From Flavobacteriales bacterium (GTDB lineage: Bacteria; Bacteroidota; Bacteroidia; Flavobacteriales_D; Crocinitomicaceae): a stretch of DNA of 64,000 nt. A program made the translations under genes and the position numbers. The stretch lies in assembly GCA_947474675.1 (NCBI GenBank), contig CANJKA010000004.1, positions 4,442 to 68,441 on the forward strand. Direction: 5' to 3'. The notes under the pieces were generated by a model. The model saw nothing but the letters and a program-made list of their open reading frames with translations, was not told where the DNA came from and did no database searches. Shown here in pieces: positions 1 through 8,560 of this stretch. Position 1 is the first letter of the stretch; every line of letters begins with the position of its first letter.

Positions 1-2
1 TA

Positions 3-848
3 TTGAAAAATAATCCACATCTTCAAAACGTTTATATTTTAGATAAAAAAGAAGGGAAATACAAGTCAATTTTTCGATTGATAAACCAATTTAAAAAAGA
101 AAAATACGATCTAGCTATAAATCTTCATCGTTTCGGAAGTTCAGGAATTATAACCGCTTTTTCTGGAGCTAAAAAGAAATATGGCTTCAAGAAAAATCCG
201 TTATCCTTTTTATACACGAAGAAATTTGAACATGAAATTGGAAATGGACAACATGAAGTAGAACGTAATCTTTCAATCATAAAAGAATTTGGAGCAGTTG
301 ACTCTAAAAGACCTGAACTGTTTCCGACGGAAGAAGATTTTGACATCGTATCACAAATTATGAATCCACCATTTTACTGCATGGCTCCAGCATCTGTCTG
401 GTTTACCAAACAATTACCAAAAGAAAAATGGATTCAATTAATTGATCATTACAATCAAATTGGAACCGTTTATATATTAGGAGGAAAAGGTGATCAAAAT
501 TTTTGTGAAGAAATAATTTCTCTAACGGTAGCGAAAACAAGTATTAATTTAGCTGGACAATTAAATTTATTAGAATCTGCCGCTTTAATGTCAAAAGCGG
601 AACGAAATTTTGTCAATGATTCAGGTCCATTACACATTGCATCCGCTATGAATGCTCCTGTAACCGCTTTTTTCTGTTCGACAGTAACAAAATTTGGTTT
701 TGGGCCGATGTCGGAAGATCAAAACATAAGAGAAGTAAATGATTTAGATTGTCGTCCATGTGGGCTTCACGGTCACAAAACGTGTCCAAAAGGACATTTT
801 AAATGTGGCTTTGACATTGATTTGGCGTTGGATCCAAATGAGGCCTGA
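3..848 (+). CDS. Glycosyltransferase family 9 (LPS heptosyltransferase-like), 5'-truncated by window edge
   Basis: ORF runs off the left edge. Motif DSGPLHIASAM and C-terminal CRPCGLHGHKTCPKGHFKC are typical of GT9 RfaF/RfaC-like enzymes. Confidence 0.8.
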   Translation: MKNNPHLQNVYILDKKEGKYKSIFRLINQFKKEKYDLAINLHRFGSSGIITAFSGAKKKYGFKKNPLSFLYTKKFEHEIGNGQHEVERNLSIIKEFGAVDSKRPELFPTEEDFDIVSQIMNPPFYCMAPASVWFTKQLPKEKWIQLIDHYNQIGTVYILGGKGDQNFCEEIISLTVAKTSINLAGQLNLLESAALMSKAERNFVNDSGPLHIASAMNAPVTAFFCSTVTKFGFGPMSEDQNIREVNDLDCRPCGLHGHKTCPKGHFKCGFDIDLALDPNEA

Positions 849-1770
849 GAATGTTTTCAATAAAACAATTTTACTTTCTCCGCTTAATTGGGGGATGGGT
901 CATGTAGCGAGATGTATTTCTTTGATTCATCAACTTATTCAACAAGAAAATAGACTAATTATTGCATGTAGCGAAAGTCAAAAACAAATTTTCAAAAGCT
1001 ATTTCCCGGATCTTGAATATGAAAACCACGTAGGTTATCCTTTTAAATTTAACGGAAAGGGTAATTTTGGAAAAGATCTATTGTTTAGTTTTTTCAACTT
1101 AAATAAACGATTAAAACGTGAGAAGAAAGAAGTCAATGAATTAGTTGAAAAATATGATGTAGATATTATTCTTTCAGATCATCGTTATGGATTTATATCA
1201 CAAAAATGCAGTTCTATATTCATCACACATCAATTGAATTTACCCGTTTTATGGCATTCAAAATTGGTTGATCTTCTCCATAAAAAATTAATTAATCCTT
1301 TTGATTTTATATGGATTTTAGACACACCCTATTCAAAATTCGCAGGAAAGTTAAGTGTAAATAAAGCCTTCAAAAACGTAGAATACATTGGTCCATATTC
1401 ACGATTTTCACTGTATAATCAACAAGGAAAAACAATTCCTTTGGTTGTAATCATTAGCGGTCCTGAACCCTATTCAAAACAATTTTTCAAACAACAATTT
1501 GAAATTGCAAATAAAAAAAAGGACAAAACAGTTTTTATTGTTCCAGCTCATTATCCGACAAAGTCACAATTTGAGCAAATTGAAATATCCTCCTCATCCG
1601 ATTGGAAAGTGACAGATTTAATTATTTTGCAAGCACAAAAAATTATTTCTAGATCTGGTTATTCTACTATTATGGATTTGAATGTTTTAAATACTCAATA
1701 TGAATTGATTGCGACTAAAGGTCAACAAGAGCAGGAGTATTTAAATTTTATACACAAAAATAGAAATTAA
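838..1770 (+). CDS. GT-B fold glycosyltransferase (MurG/GT28-GT1 superfamily-like)
   Basis: ATG at 838 overlaps the upstream stop by 11 nt. N-terminal LSPLNWGMGHVARC loop and two-domain layout fit the family. The 760 start in the ORF track lies inside the upstream gene. Confidence 0.6.
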   Translation: MRPENVFNKTILLSPLNWGMGHVARCISLIHQLIQQENRLIIACSESQKQIFKSYFPDLEYENHVGYPFKFNGKGNFGKDLLFSFFNLNKRLKREKKEVNELVEKYDVDIILSDHRYGFISQKCSSIFITHQLNLPVLWHSKLVDLLHKKLINPFDFIWILDTPYSKFAGKLSVNKAFKNVEYIGPYSRFSLYNQQGKTIPLVVIISGPEPYSKQFFKQQFEIANKKKDKTVFIVPAHYPTKSQFEQIEISSSSDWKVTDLIILQAQKIISRSGYSTIMDLNVLNTQYELIATKGQQEQEYLNFIHKNRN

Positions 1771-1827
1771 TCGAAATTAGAATGGCTAAAATTTGAGGCA
1801 ATGAAGTTTTACAAAAGAAAAAGATAA

Positions 1828-3966
1828 TTAATCCTTCATCAATTTCATCTCATCGACCAAATGTTTCGCTCCCGAATATTTATCCATTACCCATAAAACA
1901 TAACGGATATCAACAACCACATTTCTACAACGAGACGGATCAAACATATAATCACTCATTGTACTTTCCCAAGTTCTATCGAAATTTAATCCCATTAAAT
2001 AGCCATTTTTATCTAAAACTGGTGATCCTGAGTTTCCTCCAGTAGTATGATTTGATCCTGAAAAACAAACCCACAATTCACCATCTTGGGCATATTCACC
2101 AAAATCTCCTTTCTTATATAATTCAAGTAAACCAGGTAACAAATCAAAGTCAGGATTTCCTGAATTAAATTTTTGAATAATACCATCTGTTGTTGTGTGT
2201 TCAGTGTATTTCATCCCATCAGTTGGAGCAGAACCTTCTATTTTACCATACGTAACCCTCAATGTTCCATTCGCATCAGCCCAATGTTTTTCTTCTGGAA
2301 ACATGATAAATTTACCTTCCACATAAATTTTTAATAATTCATTCATTTTTTTGTTAAAAAGTCGATAGTTGGGCACAACATTTAATTCAAAATTAGATGC
2401 TTCTAGTTTCCAGTGAGCAAAACCAGGATCTTTTAATAATTTTTTTAGAGAACTCTTTTTAAAATTCTTTAAGAAAGAAATATAACTATCTTTATTTACT
2501 AAAAAAGACTTCGAATAAATTAAGTTAGTTAAAGATTTAGAAGAATAATTGACATATATTTCTTCAGTCCCTTTCGTCTGACGAACGTATTCTGCATTTA
2601 ACAATTCAAAAATCCCTTTATCAACATTGACATCATAATTTTTAAAAAAATATTCGGCCCCCTTTATTAAAATGTCTAATTTTGCCTGTAATTCATTTTT
2701 CTCTAAATATTTATCGTAATTCATATAAATATCATTTAAAGCTTCAGCTAAATCAAACATTTCAGGACCAACATATAAATATTCAATACCCATTTGGTAT
2801 TTAAAATCATCATTGCTATTAGATTCAACCAATTTATTCATTAAATCTATAGTCATTCCGTACTTTTCTTTCCATTCAGGTTTAGATAACGCTTTTTCGA
2901 GATAGGCTTTTTCATATTGCTTTTTTACTTCAACAGCCCCTAGTTCTTTTAATCCACCAACTTGTCCAATCCACTTTTTATAAGCATTTGCAATACTGGC
3001 TTGTTTTGCAGAATATTTAATTCGAACCTCATCTGAAGATCTCATTGAAGAATTAATTACTGAAAGAGACTTTTCGCGCATTAAAATTCTTGCTGGACGT
3101 TCTTTCTCAACAATGTATTTAATTTGAGAAGATACTAAATGTTGTTCAGTTGTACCTGGAAAACCGTAGACCATTGTAAAATCACCCTCTTTACGATCGA
3201 TAAAAGAAATAGGTAAAAAATGTAATGGAACATAAGGAACATTATCAACTGAATAATCAGCAGGTTTATTATCTTTTCCAGCATAAATTCTAAAAACCGA
3301 AAAATCTCCTGTATGTCTTGGCCATACCCAATTATCAGTATCTCCTCCGAATTTCCCAATTGAATTAGGCGGTGTACCCACTAAACGAACATCTTTAAAC
3401 ACCTCTTTAACAATCATATAATAATCATTTCCGTAATTAAAAGGTTTTATTTCAGCTTCAAAATGAGTACCTTCTTTTGCTTCTTTGATTAATTTTTCAA
3501 TATTTGCCTTCATCATTGCAAATCGAACTTCTTCTTTATCCGTTGAATTCACACCTAATAAAACCTTTGAAGTTACATCATCAATGCGAACCATTCGAGT
3601 TGCTGTAAGTCCAGCATTTTTTAATTCATCTTTGAATGTTTTTGCCCAAAATCCATTTTTTAAATAATCATTTTCCAACGAAGAATGAGATTGTACTTGT
3701 GAATAACCACAATGATGATTAGTTAAAATAAGACCTTGATTGGAAACTATCTCAGCTGTACATCCACCTCCAAAATGAATAATAGCATCTTTTATACTAG
3801 AATGATTGACATCATAAATATCTTTCGCAGATAATTTCATCCCCATTGCTTGCATATTAGATTCAAATGCAGAAATTAAAGAAGGGATTAACATTCCTTC
3901 TTCAGCAAAAGTAGAAATTGAAAATGAACTAATTATGAAACAAGATACTATGAGATTTTTAAACAT
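1828..3966 (-). CDS. S46 family dipeptidyl-peptidase (DPP7/DPP11-like), secreted
   Basis: 712 aa with a signal peptide. Catalytic-region motifs TNHHCG and GGNSGSPVLDKNGYLMGLNFDR are characteristic of the S46 family. Confidence 0.9.
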   Translation of the reverse strand: MFKNLIVSCFIISSFSISTFAEEGMLIPSLISAFESNMQAMGMKLSAKDIYDVNHSSIKDAIIHFGGGCTAEIVSNQGLILTNHHCGYSQVQSHSSLENDYLKNGFWAKTFKDELKNAGLTATRMVRIDDVTSKVLLGVNSTDKEEVRFAMMKANIEKLIKEAKEGTHFEAEIKPFNYGNDYYMIVKEVFKDVRLVGTPPNSIGKFGGDTDNWVWPRHTGDFSVFRIYAGKDNKPADYSVDNVPYVPLHFLPISFIDRKEGDFTMVYGFPGTTEQHLVSSQIKYIVEKERPARILMREKSLSVINSSMRSSDEVRIKYSAKQASIANAYKKWIGQVGGLKELGAVEVKKQYEKAYLEKALSKPEWKEKYGMTIDLMNKLVESNSNDDFKYQMGIEYLYVGPEMFDLAEALNDIYMNYDKYLEKNELQAKLDILIKGAEYFFKNYDVNVDKGIFELLNAEYVRQTKGTEEIYVNYSSKSLTNLIYSKSFLVNKDSYISFLKNFKKSSLKKLLKDPGFAHWKLEASNFELNVVPNYRLFNKKMNELLKIYVEGKFIMFPEEKHWADANGTLRVTYGKIEGSAPTDGMKYTEHTTTDGIIQKFNSGNPDFDLLPGLLELYKKGDFGEYAQDGELWVCFSGSNHTTGGNSGSPVLDKNGYLMGLNFDRTWESTMSDYMFDPSRCRNVVVDIRYVLWVMDKYSGAKHLVDEMKLMKD

Positions 3967-3986
3967 TTTATTAAATTTTGTGTCCC

Positions 3987-3994
3987 CAAAGATA
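3987..3994 (-). promoter_or_regulatory. -7 box TATCTTTG upstream of the S46 peptidase gene
   Basis: Perfect TAnnTTTG box ending 20 nt upstream of ATG 3966. No well-spaced -33 TTG was seen. Confidence 0.4.
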
Positions 3995-4113
3995 CCAATC
4001 CTTCTTTGAAAATGAAATTGAAATCACTTTTTTAAATCATTGAAAATTAAAAAAAACATCAAATCTTTAAATACAATCGATTTTTCTTTTAATTTCGCTA
4101 AAAATAATAAAAA

Positions 4114-4773
4114 TTGGAATTATTAAATTTTGCGTTTAGTCTGGGTGTTGTATTTGCCATTTTTGGTTTTCTTTGGGGAATTTTACAACTTGGTTACACT
4201 TTACTTCGAATTGGAAAAACGAAATTTGAAGGAGAAGAATATCTCGTAAAAACAATTAAATATTTCCTTTTAGTTGAAGTTACAATTAATTTTAGTGAAA
4301 AAGTAAATCAATATGACTCAAATTTGAATCAACTAATAATTGCAGCTTTAATTCTCTTAACCTATTTTATAGGGAAATTGCAAAATCAACAAAACAAAAA
4401 AGTTTTATTTCAAATGGTAGCACAAGGTTTGCCAAAAGCTGAAACAAAATTCAATATAAAAGCTGAAATTGGTGTTATAGTTTTTTCACTCTTACTTTTT
4501 ACTGGATTTATATTTTATCCTGAATACTCAAAAAACCCTTTATCAAATTGGTTTTTAGAAAGTATTGAAAGTTTAGAAAATGCCGCAGTCTTTGGTTTTA
4601 TTTTTAAAATTATTGGTTTTGTTATATTAATGAATATGATCATGAAAATGTTAAATGCCATTTCAATGATTTTATCAGGAAAACCATTAGGACAAAAAAA
4701 TAATAGATTCAATCAAAATCAAGAAAACAAAGAGGATACAAATAAATTTGATGATTACGAAGAATTAAACTAG
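4114..4773 (+). CDS. Hypothetical multi-pass membrane protein
   Basis: 219-aa ORF with several hydrophobic segments and a polar N/Q/E-rich tail. Only a TTG start is available and no family was recognised. Confidence 0.5.
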   Translation: MELLNFAFSLGVVFAIFGFLWGILQLGYTLLRIGKTKFEGEEYLVKTIKYFLLVEVTINFSEKVNQYDSNLNQLIIAALILLTYFIGKLQNQQNKKVLFQMVAQGLPKAETKFNIKAEIGVIVFSLLLFTGFIFYPEYSKNPLSNWFLESIESLENAAVFGFIFKIIGFVILMNMIMKMLNAISMILSGKPLGQKNNRFNQNQENKEDTNKFDDYEELN

Positions 4774-5375
4774 GATCTCTTCCCCCTTAAATTAGAAGAG
4801 TGAATCAATTCTTTTAAAATATTGTCAACTTGAGAAATAAGACTTATTTTTTCATCATTTGAAATGATAAACGAAGCTAAGTGAGATTTCTGCTCATCAG
4901 TCCATTGATTGTTCATTCTAGTTAAAACATCTTCTTTTTTACAGGAATCTCTTTTCATTACTCTCTCAATTTTTAAATCTAAAGGAGCAGTTATCAAGAC
5001 AGTATAGTCAAATGTTTTATAAATATCTGTCTCAAACAATATGGCAGCTTCATTGAATACAATGTTTGATTTTTGAAAACTCGCCCAATTATTAAAACAT
5101 TCTCGTACGTTAGGATGGATAATTGAATTAACTTTTTCGAGAAGTAAATTATCAGTAAATATTAAATTAGACAAACGAATCTTGTCTAATTTATTATCCT
5201 TATAAATCTCATTTCCAAACAAATGAATTAATTCTTGTTTAATAGAATCATTCGTTTCAATTAATATTTTAGCAGACTTATCAGAATAGAATACAGGAAA
5301 ACCTAAATGTTCTAAAATTGAGCACACATAAGATTTCCCAGAACCTATACCCCCAGTAATTCCGACTTTTAACAA
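4770..5375 (-). CDS. coaE: Dephospho-CoA kinase
   Basis: N-terminal P-loop VGITGGIGSGKSYV and about 200 aa length. Start codon is TTG. Confidence 0.9.
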   Translation of the reverse strand: MLKVGITGGIGSGKSYVCSILEHLGFPVFYSDKSAKILIETNDSIKQELIHLFGNEIYKDNKLDKIRLSNLIFTDNLLLEKVNSIIHPNVRECFNNWASFQKSNIVFNEAAILFETDIYKTFDYTVLITAPLDLKIERVMKRDSCKKEDVLTRMNNQWTDEQKSHLASFIISNDEKISLISQVDNILKELIHSSNLRGKRS

Positions 5376-5386
5376 GAAAACATGTT

Positions 5387-5770
5387 TTAAATTTCTTCGA
5401 CTTCAATCATTTTGAAAGGAAGTTTAATGATCGCCTGGTAATCCTCACCAGCCTCTTCCATATCCTCGTCATCTTGTTCAAAATACCAGTTTATAGAAAC
5501 AACTGACCCTTGTTTATTAATATATTCTAATTTCTTAAATAAATCTAAGATACATTTAGAAGAAGATGTGTTAAAATACTCTAATTTAATATCAACAATG
5601 GTTTCAGAACAAGGTTTTGACCCATATGAATCTATCCAATCATTTAATGGTTTATAGAATTCAACAGAATTCTCTGGTATTGAACGTCCTTTCAACTCCA
5701 ATATACCAGAAGCAGAATCAAAACTTACTGCTGGTGTTTTTGCAGATCCTTCACGTAGTATATTTTCCAT
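5387..5770 (-). CDS. SiaC-like (DUF1987) regulatory phosphoprotein
   Basis: 127 aa with TPAVSFD..G.L.L.G.S.PEN..EFY.P...W and EYFNTSSSK motifs, matching my recollection of P. aeruginosa SiaC/DUF1987. Confidence 0.75.
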   Translation of the reverse strand: MENILREGSAKTPAVSFDSASGILELKGRSIPENSVEFYKPLNDWIDSYGSKPCSETIVDIKLEYFNTSSSKCILDLFKKLEYINKQGSVVSINWYFEQDDEDMEEAGEDYQAIIKLPFKMIEVEEI

Positions 5771-5793
5771 ATTTAAATAATTTAATAAGTTAA

Positions 5794-6345
5794 TTAATCA
5801 ATTTTTACATTCAAACTGAAAAAGCTAAAATCTTTATCAATTTCAAGAAATTCATATTCTAATTTATTCCCCGATTTGCGAGCAATATCAATCATTCCTA
5901 AACCGGCAGTTCCTTTATCAGAAATTGAACCATTCCCTAATACTTCCCTATAATACTCTCTCAAATGTTCTTTATCTAGACTATTGATTTTTTTTAATCG
6001 ATCTTCTAAATTTTTCACACTTGTTTTATCAATATAATTACCTGTTTGTATGAAGAAATTGTTTTCATCCCGAATTACCATAACTAAAACTGATTTATAT
6101 TTTCTCATTTCTTTTCTTTCTCCTTTTCCCTCATCAATATGATGATATAAATTTTGAAGACATTCAACAAGAACATTAAAAACCTTCTTTTTAGTTTTAG
6201 GAGGCTCCTCTAGGTGATTCATTTTTGTTTCGACAATATCTAATACCGCTGTAAGGAAATCAGCTGTAACAACACCGTTAAAAGAGAGAATTATCTTCTC
6301 TTGCTCCAATGTATGATACAAATTATAAATCCTTTTTATCGACAT
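5794..6345 (-). CDS. SiaB-like protein kinase (GHKL/anti-sigma-kinase-like ATPase fold)
   Basis: 183 aa with the glycine-rich ATP-lid motif GTAGLGMIDIARKSG. Lies directly upstream of the DUF1987 partner with a 23-nt gap. Confidence 0.7.
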   Translation of the reverse strand: MSIKRIYNLYHTLEQEKIILSFNGVVTADFLTAVLDIVETKMNHLEEPPKTKKKVFNVLVECLQNLYHHIDEGKGERKEMRKYKSVLVMVIRDENNFFIQTGNYIDKTSVKNLEDRLKKINSLDKEHLREYYREVLGNGSISDKGTAGLGMIDIARKSGNKLEYEFLEIDKDFSFFSLNVKID

Positions 6346-6364
6346 AGTAATATTCTATTACCAA

Positions 6365-6394
6365 CAAATATAATATAATCTTTGGAATATGCAA
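6365..6394 (-). promoter_or_regulatory. Bacteroidota-type promoter for the SiaB-like/SiaC-like(/coaE) unit
   Basis: Minus strand carries TTG, a 19-nt spacer, then TATATTTG. The box ends 19 nt upstream of ATG 6345. Confidence 0.5.
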
Positions 6395-6434
6395 GATAAT
6401 AAGAATAACTTTTAGAAAATAAAAGCATAAAATG

Positions 6435-6442
6435 TATATTTG
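6435..6442 (+). promoter_or_regulatory. -7 box TATATTTG 4 nt before ATG 6447 (leaderless arrangement)
   Basis: Perfect TAnnTTTG, spacer TAAA, then ATG. No clear -33 element. Confidence 0.4.
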
Positions 6443-6446
6443 TAAA

Positions 6447-7181
6447 ATGGAATCAAAAGAATGGTTTGAATCGTGGTTTGACACATCTTATTATCACTCT
6501 CTTTATAAAAACAGAGATGAAAATGAAGCAAAATTATTTGTTACAAAATTAGTTCGCTTTTTAAAATTAACAAAAAATCAATCGGCTTTAGATTTAGCTT
6601 GCGGTAAAGGAAGGCACTCAATCACATTGAATGAATTAGGTTTAAATGTTGTAGGGGTTGACCTATCTAAAAACAGCATTGAATGTGCAAAGAAACATGA
6701 AAATGAGACATTAAAATTTGGTGTACATGACATGAGAGAAAATCTTTCTCCTAATTCGTTTGAAATAGTTTTTAACTTGTTTACCAGTTTTGGATATTTT
6801 GACAATTTTACTGACAATGAAAAAGTGATTCAGTCAATACACAACATGCTAACTGATAAAGGAATACTTGTGATTGATTTCATGAACAGCGAAAAGTCAA
6901 TTTCTAATCTTGTCTTAGAAGAAACGAAGAAAGTGGATGAAATAGACTATGTTATTAGTAGAAAATATGATGGTCACCACATTTTTAAAAACATTCAATT
7001 TTCTGACCAAGGAAAAGATTTTAAGTATACAGAACGTGTTCAAGCATTAAAATTAAAAGATTTTGAAAACTTATTAATTTCTAATAAATTTGAAATTATT
7101 CATATCTTTGGTGACTTCAATTTAAATCCATTTGATGAAAAACAATCAGATAGATTAATTCTAATTGCAACAAAAAATTAA
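6447..7181 (+). CDS. Class I SAM-dependent methyltransferase
   Basis: SAM motif I LDLACGKGRHS. ATG 6447 is preferred over 6432 because a TAnnTTTG box at 6435-6442 sits between them. Confidence 0.85.
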   Translation: MESKEWFESWFDTSYYHSLYKNRDENEAKLFVTKLVRFLKLTKNQSALDLACGKGRHSITLNELGLNVVGVDLSKNSIECAKKHENETLKFGVHDMRENLSPNSFEIVFNLFTSFGYFDNFTDNEKVIQSIHNMLTDKGILVIDFMNSEKSISNLVLEETKKVDEIDYVISRKYDGHHIFKNIQFSDQGKDFKYTERVQALKLKDFENLLISNKFEIIHIFGDFNLNPFDEKQSDRLILIATKN

Positions 7182-7918
7182 TGGGACATATATTAGCAAT
7201 CGTCAGTTTAATCATCGCTGTAGTTTTAGGCGGATTAATCGTAACATATCTTCACGCTTCAAACAAACAAAAATTCATTAAATTAATGCTTTCATTTAGT
7301 GGAGGATTTTTATTGTCTATTGCATTTATACATTTTGTACCCGAACTATACGCTTCTGAAACAAAAAACATTGGCGTTTACATATTAATTGGCTTTTTAG
7401 TACAACTTTCTTTGGAATTTTTCTCTGGAGGAATAGAGCATGGTCACGTTCATGTTCACAAAGGACAATCAATGCCATGGGGCTTATTTATTTCTCTCTC
7501 TGTTCATTCATTTTTAGAAGGAATACCTTTAGGAAATCAATACGCTGGACATATACTTGAAGCTCATCATCATCATGGACACAGTGAAAACTCTTTACTT
7601 TTCGGTATTTTGTTTCACCAACTCCCAGTTGCCGTTGCTTTAATGACACTTTTAATATCTACTAATATCACGAAATTAAAAGCCTGGTCAATATTGATGT
7701 TATTTGCAATTATGACACCTGCCGGACTTGTATTAGGTTTAAACTCTTCAGAGATTTCAAGTTTCTTAGATTTCAATATGATTCTTGCCATTGTAGTCGG
7801 AATGTTTTTACACATATCAACAACCATTATATTTGAAACGAGTGAAAATCACAAATTCAATATATTAAAATTAACGAGTATAATTATTGGTTGCAGTTTG
7901 GCGTTTTTTATGAATTGA
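7181..7918 (+). CDS. ZIP family divalent-metal transporter
   Basis: 245-aa polytopic protein with a His-rich loop (HGHVHVH, HHHHGH) and the HSFLEGIPLG motif. Overlaps the upstream stop by 1 nt. Confidence 0.85.
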   Translation: MGHILAIVSLIIAVVLGGLIVTYLHASNKQKFIKLMLSFSGGFLLSIAFIHFVPELYASETKNIGVYILIGFLVQLSLEFFSGGIEHGHVHVHKGQSMPWGLFISLSVHSFLEGIPLGNQYAGHILEAHHHHGHSENSLLFGILFHQLPVAVALMTLLISTNITKLKAWSILMLFAIMTPAGLVLGLNSSEISSFLDFNMILAIVVGMFLHISTTIIFETSENHKFNILKLTSIIIGCSLAFFMN

Positions 7919-7972
7919 CATTTTTTGTTTTTTATTAGGACAGGTCACTATCCCAATAAAAAAAAATCAAAA

Positions 7973-8560
7973 TTATTTAACCATTTTTAAAAACGTTTTC
8001 CACATAATTTTTAAATCATGAATAAGAGTTGGGTTCGCTAAATACTTTTTATTTAATTCTAATTTAGCAGGCATAATTTCTTTGACATACGTCTCTCTAG
8101 GGTTTTCCGAAGACCCCAGCAATTCATTTTCATTAAAATACTCAAGAGATGCGTAATCAGTTATTCCTGGTTTTACTGCTAACACTTTTCTTTGTTCTTC
8201 TGAATATAAATCAACGTACTCCTTCACTTCTGGTCTTGGTCCAACAATACTCATTTGACCAATAAGAACATTTATAAATTGTGGAAATTCATCTAATTTG
8301 AATTTACGAAGAAAAAATCCTATTCTTGTTATTCTTGGGTCACGCATTCCGACTGTCAAAGTTCCTGCTTTATCAGCATTCACTTTCATCGTTCTAAATT
8401 TAAAAATTTTAAAAGGAATGCCATTCTTACCAATTCTTTCTTGACAGTAAAAAATCCCCCCCTTACTTTCAAGAAGTATAGCTAAACAAAAGAAAATTCC
8501 GAAAATAGAAAATGGAAGTAATATTAAAGTAGATACAATTATATCAAATAATCGTTTCAC
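7973..8560 (-). CDS. Small initiating phosphoglycosyl transferase (PglC/WcfS-like bacterial sugar transferase)
   Basis: 195 aa with one N-terminal TM segment. Motifs KFRTM, DE(F)PQ and IVGPRP are typical of small monotopic PGTs. Confidence 0.9.
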   Translation of the reverse strand: MKRLFDIIVSTLILLPFSIFGIFFCLAILLESKGGIFYCQERIGKNGIPFKIFKFRTMKVNADKAGTLTVGMRDPRITRIGFFLRKFKLDEFPQFINVLIGQMSIVGPRPEVKEYVDLYSEEQRKVLAVKPGITDYASLEYFNENELLGSSENPRETYVKEIMPAKLELNKKYLANPTLIHDLKIMWKTFLKMVK

